From the NCBI GenBank assembly GCA_946965045.2, contig OX337230.1:4216001-4280000 (forward strand): a DNA stretch of 64,000 nt, read 5' to 3'. The notes under the pieces were generated by a model. The model did no database searches, had not been told where the DNA came from, and saw nothing but the letters and a program-made list of their open reading frames with translations. The translations under genes and the position numbers were made by a program. Positions within the stretch are counted from its first letter, which is position 1. The number at the start of each line of letters is the position of its first letter. Shown here one piece after another: positions 35,761 through 45,468 of the stretch. This DNA comes from Epithemia pelagica. Lineage: Eukaryota; Protista; Bacillariophyta.

Positions 35761-36833
35761 TTACAGACGCACCATCTTGTGCTTCATGCCGCCTTCAAAT
35801 TGTGCGTCCGGCTCATGTAGGGAAATCAACAACGCTCTGAATCCGTTTGTTGTGTCGTACATAAATTCGTAGTCGAACCTGCTTTGGACCATGAAAGGAA
35901 GAGAAAGAGAAAACTTTGACCTGACAAAGTCTGTTTCTCTTTTTCGCATCTGATTCATGGCGTCTTCCAAAGCAAGTTTCATTCGTAGGTTTTTCTCCTC
36001 GACATGCCACTCTCTGTGCATGTGTTGGGTTAGATAATGGATATGAGTTGCGTTGTCAGGCCAAATTACCTTCACATGTACCTGTAGCTGGCTCGGATCC
36101 ACTTCAATCAAGCAATTTGTTGTGTCTTCATGTGCAATACCTGTAGGCAACACCACCAAAATCACCAAATGACGCTGTTTCTTGTCGTCGACCCACTGTG
36201 TCAAGACATGAGGAGGCTCCCAATTCCTCATCATGTCATTACCACTGTCTTCTTCATTCGTCTTTTTCCTCTTTTGTTGTAGTTGTACCTGTAGTGTCTC
36301 CTGTAATGGCATGGATCCTGCCGCCCTTTTCTTCACCATAGCATCGTCACTGACGACAGACTCAGGAGCGACCTTGGCAGCAACACCTGGTCATAAAAGA
36401 CAATAAACCACAACAGGTAAGGACAGTGACTCAACAATCAAACAAACAGTGTACACTGGCACTTACCTTGTCCTTTGGACGACCCAAACAAAGAAGGAGC
36501 TGGTTTGAGATCTCCATCATTGGGGTTCCTTACCTTTCCATCCATAGATGGGGCCGTCTCACCACGACCCAACAACTCATGACCAGTCTCTCTCTCATGT
36601 TGATCCTTCAAGTGGACTTGGTATTTTCTTTTGGCTTTGTTGAGTGCCGACCTGAATGATTCCAATTTGTACTTTTGGAAAACAGCGTGTTCCAACCACA
36701 CAGATTTGGGTGTGGCGCTCTCCAGAATCAAGCCTTCTGACACGATTTTGTCAAGGAATTCGGCATCTGTTGACTTTGAATTCCACGAAAGTAGGGCACC
36801 CTCGCCCAAAGTGTTGCGGCCAGACCTGGTCAT
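35761..36833 (-). CDS. Harbinger accessory protein (~330 aa): N-terminal helical putative DNA-binding domain + C-terminal beta-rich domain; join(36467..36833,35761..36386)
   Basis: An 80-nt phase-1 intron (36387-36466, GTAAGT...CCAG) joins the two ORF-track fragments in frame. The N-terminus reads W...L...G.I...PK.VW...F..YKLESFRSALNKAKRK. The gene lies between the TIRs, divergent from the transposase. Confidence 0.8.
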
Positions 36834-37026
36834 CGGAGTATAGGTACTATTAGTACGTAAAACAAAAGCGCGAGGGAGTGCAAAACCAGACTGGTCTGTT
36901 CGCACGAAAACTAATTATGACCCTAAAAACAGTTCACCAAAATCCGGACTGGGTCGGTTTTCATCATGGACTCCATTTTTCAATCGAGGAGGCCATGCCC
37001 AATTTGGCTCCAATTCTGAAAGTAGT

Positions 37027-37249
37027 GCGACCCACGTATTGCCCTTACCTTGGGTCAACCGTGGGTCGTTCGTCCAAGTGAATTGGGCACTTATAAGGTG
37101 TCCTGGGTCGGTTTAAAAAAAACGAGCTGGGTCGATTTTTTCGAGCCAGGTCGTTTTTTCAAAACCGACCCAGGACACTTTCTAGTGGTTCAAATGATAT
37201 AATCAAGCGACCCACAGTTAACCCAAGATAAGGGCAATATGTGGGTCGC
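37027..37249. repeat. 223-bp imperfect palindrome in the bidirectional promoter of the transposon
   Basis: Outer arms gcgacccacgtattgcccttaccttgggtcaaccgtgggtcg / cgacccacagttaacccaagataagggcaatatgtgggtcgc. Inner arms gtgtcctgggtcggttt / aaaccgacccaggacac. Confidence 0.85.
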
Positions 37250-37589
37250 TTAAGATGTAGAAAGTAATAGGATTATGGCGAGGTAGGGCCATTCAGAAAT
37301 TCCAGTTTTTGAATGAAATCGATTTTTGAATCGATTTCTGCACCGTTCCAGGCCGGTTCCAATGACCGGACACGAATTCGAATTGGTCACTATATGTAGA
37401 ACAGTACAAAGTTTAGTGTCGCTGCTCAAGTGACCAGCCAATCAAATGAACGTGATGAAATTCCAAAAAACCTGTTCCAATGAACTGACAGTACTACACA
37501 CAGACAGACCGAGATCAGAGTAAAGGTGTGGTCAGCATCGCGACACACACCGAGCAAACATAAATTTTCCAAAGCGGTTTTCTCCCACC

Positions 37590-38528
37590 ATGTTGGTGAC
37601 ACAACGAACATTCATCAACTTGGCTCTGCCAATGCTTGGTAGAGCAAGACACTCACACTCACTTGATTTCTCACGTGCTTTTCGTTCTTACTTTGGAATG
37701 TCTCCTTTGCTCTGTGTTCATGTGTGGGATGAACTGGACAGTTCATTGCCCAAAGGTGCATCGCCTCGTCATTTGTTGTGGACACTGGCTTTTCTGAAAG
37801 TCTATGCTACAGAGGATGTTATGGTCTCAATAGCCAAAACAACGAGGAAGACCTACAGGAAATGGGTCAAAGTGTTTGTAAATTTGTTGTATAGTGGTCT
37901 CAATTATGTAAGTACATGGCCCTACATGAATTTGCAATGAAGTCGTCCTCCTCATATCTGACCATTGCTGTTGTTCTTATAACAGATTGTATGGGACAAT
38001 AGGTTTGATTGTAGTGTATCTGGACAGGTCTGTTTCATTAGTTTGGATGGTACTGACTTCAGGATTTTGGAGCCGTCACCTTTTGATCCAAAATGGTACT
38101 CGCACAAGTTTAAGGGAGCAGGTGTGAGGTATGAGGTGGGAATCTGCCTGAAAACTGGCTGGATAGTGTGGTGGAATGGTGCATTCCCTTGTGGCGCTTG
38201 GCCAGACCTACGGATTGCCAGAGACTGGCTTGTTCAAGAGCTACTACCGAATGAGAAAGTGATTGCTGATGGTGGTTACAACGATTCTGGATGCTACTTT
38301 GTCACACCTACTGGAAGAAATGACTATCAAGACAAGATGATGGCTGATGCCAGGGCGAGACATGAAACTGTCAACAATTTACTGAAACATTACAATATCT
38401 TAAAGGAGAAATACAGAGGAGATCTGGATGGGCATCACAAGGTGTTTGGAGCAGTGGTGAATCTGGTTCAGATGAAGATTGAAAATGGTGAGGCGAAAGT
38501 GTTTCAGATCGAAGTGGAAGATGACTAG
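37590..38528 (+). CDS. Harbinger/HARBI1-type DDE transposase (286 aa); join(37590..37907,37986..38528)
   Basis: DGTDF (D), YSHKF, ADGGY (D), RARHETVN (E). A 78-nt phase-0 intron (GTAAGT...ACAG) gives an uninterrupted frame. Confidence 0.9.
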
Positions 38529-38681
38529 CAGTACAAATATGTAGTGGTTATGAACCGGGTGGTGGTGGGTTTTAATAGTACTAGCAGTCAGTATATCATC
38601 TTTTGTCGCTAGAGTGTTCTTTATTCAGAAAAAGCGTTCGGTAACTCCTATAGGTCACAGTCAGTAACTGACTGGTAAGGT

Positions 38682-38710
38682 AGCGACCTGCTCAGGATTA
38701 CCCCATCTCC
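38682..38710 (-). repeat. Right TIR of Harbinger-like element
   Basis: Reverse complement ggagatggggtaatcctgagcaggtcgct. Confidence 0.9.
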
Positions 38711-38912
38711 CTGCCAGCAAAAAGTTTGGGTCGCGGTTGGTCGCGGTGTGGGTATCTTTTTGATGGATGTCGCGTCGCAAAAAGTCTTTTCAACCACAGG
38801 TTTGGTTGACAACAGATCAACCACACAAAACAACAACCTGTTTTGTTTGGACCCAAAACCAACTCCTATACGAAAGAACCAACAACACCTGAAACAAAGA
38901 CACACAAAAACC

Positions 38913-41428
38913 ATGTCACGTGCCTTTTCGGTGATTGCCGTCCGTGAAGGACGTCATTCCGAAGCCATTACAGTCGGAGGAGGCGATCGACTCACGACCG
39001 TGGTGGAAATCAATGTCGATGATTTTCGCGATCTCTTGGCCATTGCGGCCCACGAAGATGAAGACGAACCAGAATTCAGCGAAGCATTTGTGGATGAATC
39101 CCAAGCCCTGTTGGTGGGAGCAGAAGCCGCGACTCCTCGTCGACGCAAGAGTCGAACTAGTTTGTTGCAAGCGACACCCCCTTCGGTTCCAATGGTCGTT
39201 CAATACGCCGATGGCATGGAATTTGAAGTCTTGGATGGTCGTCGCGTCGCGCAAGTCTTTCGTCGCATGCAATATTTGACCTGCATTGCCGCCATTGGTG
39301 GATTCTTGTCGGGTTACAATACCGGTGTCATTTCGGGAGCGCTCTTGCCACTGACTCGCGTCTTTGATTTGACGGTCGAACACGAAGAAGCCTTGGTCAG
39401 TGCCACCATTGTTTGTGCCTTTGGTGCGTCTCTTTTTGGGGGCGGCTTGAATCGAGCCTGTGGACGACGCTGTACCATTTTGGGCGCCGCCCTGGTCTTT
39501 GTCAGTGGTGGACTCACCGTGGCCAGTGCGAGCAATTTTGACACGCTCATTCTCGGACAAGTCATTTTGGGCATGGGCATTGGATTGGAATCCCTCACGT
39601 CGCCCCTCTGTACGTATATCGACGAGAAGAGTAGCAATGCTGGCTTGCTGACTTGGTTGGATCATTGAATGGTTGGTTGGACGCGAATCGTGAGACTGCA
39701 AGCCAGGACGGATTCTCACCCCTCCCCACGGTTCTTTTTTTGTGTGTCTGTTGACTTCCAACTGGTGTGACACGTTTGTTTCCTGCCATTTCGTTGCGTT
39801 GCGTTGCGTTGCTTTCTCCACTTGGCGTGTTGTGTGCGTGTATAGATATATCCGAATTGGCCCAACCCAAGGTTCGGGGCATGTTGGTATCGGCCTATGC
39901 CTTGATGATGTGTTTTGGGCAATTTTTTGGTACGTTCTTGATTGTTCCTGTCATTGTAGGGAGGTTGTTACGCAGTTTTTTGGACTCGTGCGGTTGTCTG
40001 GATGACTTGTTTCTCTTCTCTCCTGGCCACAAGGTTGGGTGAAATCTCATCCTCTTTTCTCCTCTCTGGGACGTTTCTCTGTGTTACTTTTGAATAGCGG
40101 GTATGGTGGATGGTGTCTTTGGGTATTTTACCAATGGCTGGCGATTCATGTTTGGAACGGCCGCTCTTCCGGGAACGGTCTTGTTTTTGGGATTTTGGGG
40201 ATTGCCCGAATCCCCCGCCTGGTTGTTAGCCAAGGGTCGTACCGACGAAGCCCGGCACGTCTTGGAAACCTATCGCGACAGTGATGCCGAAGCCCAGGAG
40301 GAAGTCGAGGCCATTCAAGACTGTTTGCGACATTCGCAGCAAGAAGAAGGTGGAGGACCGGATGGTGGTGGCGGCGTCACGGTCGGTCAAATGTGGAGTT
40401 CCCCGCTCTTGCGACAAGCCTTGGTGGTGGGCTGTTCGCTCATGGTCTTGCAACAATTTTGTGGTGTCAATGTGGTCATGTATTATTCGGCCACCATTTA
40501 TCGCATGTCGGGCTTTGCCGAAGTGACGGCCATTTGGTTGGCCGCCGTGACGGCCTTGGCGCAATTGATTGGCTTGGGCTTGAGTTTGTGCTTGGTCGAA
40601 ACGGCCGGTCGACGACCCCTCGTCCTGGCCTCCTTTGCCGGTGTTGGTGTGTGTTGTCTGGGATTGGGCGTTGGCTTTTATTTGGCGCGGGTCTTGTCCG
40701 AACCGGTGCTAACCGAACTCAGTAGTGCGGAGTGTTTGCAACGACCGGCCTGGGTCTGGAATGGACGGACCACGTATTGTTATGATTGTACCCTGATGGA
40801 GGCGTGTGGCTTTTGTGGTGGTGCCTGTGTGGCGGGGACCGAACAAGGTCCTTTGGAACCCGAGTCGTGTCCCGCAGTTGCCGATTCATTGTCGACAATG
40901 TCCTGGCAATTTGACGAATGTACGACCACACCGGCCTGGGTCAATGCCTTTCCCATTGGATTCATGGTCTTGTATTTAATTGTCTTTGGCGTGGGTGCCG
41001 CCGGTTTGCCCTGGACGATTAACAGTGAAATTTATCCCGTCAAGTACCGTTCCTTGGCGGTCGCAATCAGTACGGGATGCAATTGGTTGTGCAATTTGAT
41101 CATTAGCAGTACCTTCTTGACCTTGAGCGATCCCAGTGTCTTGACCTTGTATGGCAGCTTTTTCTTGTATGGTCTCCTCTCCTTGGCCGGTGTCTTGTGG
41201 TTGTATTGGAAACTTCCCGAAACCAAGGGCTTGTCCTATCACGAAATTGAAACGTGTTTTGCCACCAAGAAGACTGGTAATGGTGACAAGAAGGATCCTC
41301 CCTTGTTCCAACAAGAGCAATCCACAGGAGTTGGTAGTACGGACGACGAAGAAGGCACATCAGATCCAACAACAACAATAACAACATCGAAACAAAGGAA
41401 GAATCCCTCCTATGGGGCAACAACTTAA
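38913..41428 (+). CDS. HMIT-like MFS sugar/inositol transporter, paralog 2; join(38913..39609,39846..39929,40098..41428)
   Basis: Same motifs and the same two intron positions and phases as paralog 1, with an 84-nt middle exon. Confidence 0.9.
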
Positions 41429-41554
41429 CCTTCAGCGAGCGTGGTGGAGTAGCTAATTTGCCCTTTTTCCTTACTTGTATAATTCAAGACATTTTGTACT
41501 GTACAATATTATGCGGGATTAGGGACATTTTGGATTATAGACATTTTGTTGTTG

Positions 41555-44460
41555 TGGTGCTCTGCCATTTTCACATGTGTGGTGAAGCGAGGATTTCAAA
41601 TACTCTACATGTTCAAGTTTCCCTCTTTTGTTCCGGTTGATATACAAAATGGTCACCATATCATTGATCGACAGTAGTGGATTCGGAAAATACCTTGGAT
41701 CGAAATGGATTGAGAGTGCGACCATCGTTGACTTTCCTCTGGTACCTTTTGCCCGTGCACTCGTCGCGATACCACAACCCTGCTGTGGCCTTTTCGAATT
41801 CAATGGTCTCTGTAGTAAGAACGATACAACAGTCTGTGTTTGTGTTGCTCGATCATTCGTCATTTCATTTCGGGTGCCTCCTTTCGTTCTTCCTCTATAT
41901 AGAGTATAATCTTGAAAGAGAGAATTCCCAAACTGCAAGTTGGCGGCGGGCGCGCGGAATAGGGACATCATTCGTCCCCAGTCAAAAGTCCCCCGAGTCC
42001 CATGGCCAATTTGTGGGACGTCTTGTTCATTTCATTAAAAATCTGTTCGGAAAGATTCAATCACTTGTTCTTGCCTGGTTGTTTTCCCAAGGTATCGCCC
42101 ATGGAAGCGACGACATGTTCTTGTCCTAGAGTGAGCGGACGCTGCTGCCGCAAGTCCACCATCGGAAAAGAGGCCACCTATTGCACGAAGGAGCTTGAAA
42201 GCAAGTTTCTTCATGAACGGGCTAGAGAAGAGGACTTGAATGAACTGGCACAGGAACGGAACAAGTCATCGCAGAAATTGTCATTCGGACTCGGGGAACT
42301 AGAATGATCTCCCTATTCGGCGCCTTCGTCATCCACTTGCCAGCGAATACTCCAACCTTCACGCCCAGGACTCCAAACTCCAAGTCCAGGAAAAAGTTAG
42401 CGCTCCGGGAGCAAGAAGGGCGTTTGAAAGTTTCTGCGTTCTTGTTCCCGGACGCGATGACCTTGTCCTAGGCTTGGAGCTTCAAGTCTTGGGCTTGTGT
42501 AACTAAGAGTCCTGCATTCTTGCGTTTTAAGTATCGATTTGAGTATCAAACGTTATCCGAGTGACTTTCGCAAGTAGATGGCGAAGGCTCCCTCTATTCG
42601 TCCCATCACAAGTCCCCCGAAGAATCCGAATGCAGATTTCTGGGACGTTTTGTTCCGTTTCTTTGCCTGTTCAATGGGCGTGGTAGTGTCAATTTTCGAG
42701 TTCATTATTTCAATCAAGAGTCCAAGAAAAACACGAAACTCGATGCTGTACTCCAGAAATGACGCCCGATCCAACCTGCAGAAATTTTCCAACGCCCTTC
42801 TTCTTGCTCCCGGCAAAAGTCACCGAATCTCAAAATATAGGGGAACACCCAAACCTTTCGGCTCTTTGGGACACCATGACCTTGTCCTGGGCTTCCACCC
42901 AAGAGTCCTGGGCTTTGATACGTGATGAAACGACGGACGAATGGTATGACTTTTCGGAGCAAGATTCGTTGCATAAAAGTGTCCTTGAAAGATCAACCAA
43001 AAATGGCGAGTTGCATTTTGAACGAAACAACGAAACTGAAAACTACAGCCAAAGAAACGAACAGGAAAATTGATACTTTCGCCATTGGACTCAGCGCAAT
43101 GATGCTACCACTTTCCGGCGCCGCTGTAATTCGCTGTAATTTGCTAATTTCAGCGGCGCTGAAAAGTGATAACAGTAGTGCGCCGAGTCCAATGGTCAAA
43201 GTATCTATCATCTTGTTCGTTTCGTAATATACGAGCACCGTTCTCAGGAATGCGTTCCAGTCCAGGTTGGCACAGTGCGATCGCAGGCGGTTTTGTAGTT
43301 CGAATGTATGTATGTATGTGTTGCACGAAAAGGAGAAAGGTAAACGATGTTCACGGCAGCTGACGAACATGGAGAGGCATTTGCAGTTTGCCTCTTTTGT
43401 TCCGGTTGGGATACAAAATGGTCACCATGTCTCATTGATTGACAGAAGTGGATTTGGAAATTCCCTTGGATCGAAATGCATTGAGAGTGCGACCATTGTT
43501 GATTTCCTCTGGTGCCTTTGGCACTGTTTTCATGGTGGTGACGGGGTTGGTCGGACACGAAATTCTTCCTGGAATCCATGGTTTATGTACAAAACAGAAT
43601 TGCCAACACGACGGTGAGAACACTGTTTTGTGCCTGCCAAGGAATCATCTGTTGTTGCACCTACCGGATGAATACTCGGGAGTTTGATTCAGCCGCGTGC
43701 ACTCGTCGCGATACCACAACCTTTTGCTGGGGCCTTTTCGAATTCAATGGTCTCTATATATAGTAGTAAGAACGAGACAACAGTCTTGTGTGTGGTTGTG
43801 TTGCTTGTTCGAGCCCCGTCCTGAAACAACGAATAAAAGAGCCATACGACCCACGAGCGGTCCATGAATGGCTCGGCCATTCGTCGTTTCATCAAACACA
43901 CACACTGGAATGACCTCGAACTGTCATTTTTGCTCCTACGGATCCGGATCGATACTCTGGGTCACGTGGTCGTGACATATATCTCTTGCCACTTTGGCGG
44001 TGGCATTGTAGAGAGACACACAAGACTGTTTCCATGGCGACGAGGAGGGATGGTCGGACAGGAAGATATCTTCAGGGTCTCCATGCGTTTCGTATAGTAG
44101 TAGTAGTAGTATAGAATTGCCAACACGAGACACGGTGAGAAACCTTGTGCCTTTTGATTGGACCAAATGTTGCTACTACTTCCAACTATCATCACGGTAC
44201 CTACCGGCGGATTGATACTACTCTCATGGAGATTGATTCACGGGCGTGTCTGCTCTTGTCGTGCTGGAGGAACCATCCGGGTCCGTTACGCCCATCTTTT
44301 TTGGCAAGCATGGATTGTCTCTCTACCTAGTCGAAACAACGAGACAACCGTCTGGTTTTGGTTTGTTCTTTGAGCCCCTACAGGAATGAAGGAGCCATTC
44401 TCGACCAACGAAATGGCTCGGTCATTCGTCGTTGCATTTCGGGTGCCTCTCGTTTTTTCA
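41555..44460. other. Zone of decayed, locally multiplied and shuffled sequence blocks (unidentified origin)
   Basis: 41623-41742 ~ 43392-43513; 41755-41780 ~ 43697-43722; 41815-41880 ~ 43769-43817 ~ 44335-44450; 43597-43636 ~ 44113-44150; 41960-42030, 42245-42340 and 42590-42680 are related in alternating orientation; 42405-42440 is inverted relative to 42778-42813. No long ORF. Confidence 0.7.
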
Positions 44461-45468
44461 ATGTACCTTATGATAATCTTGAGAGGAGAGAGTTCTCGGA
44501 CACTGCCCGAGAACGAATCCAACTCTCTCCTCTCAAGACTATGTATACAGATTGCAAACGCAAACAACGGGAACACACTGTGGATCAGAGGTTCGGACGA
44601 GCGCTCTCCACCGCATCACGAGATGTGTTGCCCCCGTCATCGTCGTGTGTATGGTTTTGGTGGTCGTGGTTTTGCGAATCGTTTGGTCGGAGGATGACGT
44701 CGACGAACATTTGGATCGGTCGCCGATTCATAATGCACAGCGACCTATACGCGATATATGTTTGGAGTCGCGCTTAATGTTCCATTGAACGAACGACTTG
44801 AAGAAAGGAGTGCAACGGCAAAAAATAATGTCGGACCGTATGCAAAAGTACGCCAGCGAATGTCGCAGACACTGGAACTGTGGATTCCTCTTCGCCTTTG
44901 CAATCTCTCGCTCTCGAATCTCGCGATAGCCCAGATTGCGAGAGAGAGAGACACAACAAGAGGGTGAGATAGAGAAGAGAGAACAAGAGCACAAGCTGCT
45001 CTTGCAGAAAAAGACACCGACACACAGCCACCCATCAAGCAAACATCAGGGTGAGCGAACGACGAACGACGACGAACGATGGGTGAAAAAGCCATTCTTT
45101 GTTATATCCTAGCAGCTGTTGACGCTGTCTCTCAAGGCGAAGAAACGACACGGCGGCGGTCACTGCAGCAGTCTGCGCAGAATTTGGTGGGTGTGTGGAT
45201 GGACACAGATTGATTGGCAGTTGGCACCTCATTTTAGTTTCAGAAAAACACACAAGCCATCACCAAACCCATTGGTTCCTGATCGATGGTGGATTTGTTG
45301 TTGTTGCTCCTGCAAGAGAGGAACTGGAGATAACAAACAACAAACTCTCGGAGCTAGATTGATCTCTTCGTGTGGACCAAAAGAACCAATCTTGAGTCCT
45401 TTGCGGAATCTCCTCCTCCTCGTGTTCTGTCGCAAATCTCATTTCGTTTCTTCATTTTTCATTCCATC

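Larger units (their letters stand above)
35569..38710. mobile_element. Complete PIF/Harbinger-superfamily DNA transposon, 3142 bp
   Basis: 29-bp TIRs GGAG[C/A]TGGGGTAATCCTGAGCAG[C/G]TCGCT with 2 mismatches. 3-bp TSD CTG at 35566-35568 and 38711-38713 (CWG type). Contains a DDE_Tnp_4-type transposase and a divergent accessory gene. Confidence 0.92.

Noticed and set aside
41640-41740. HFDPRYFPNP on the minus strand resembling a cytochrome P450 segment
   Set aside because: No following PERF or FxxGxRxCxG heme motif and no ExxR in frame; too short to support a call.
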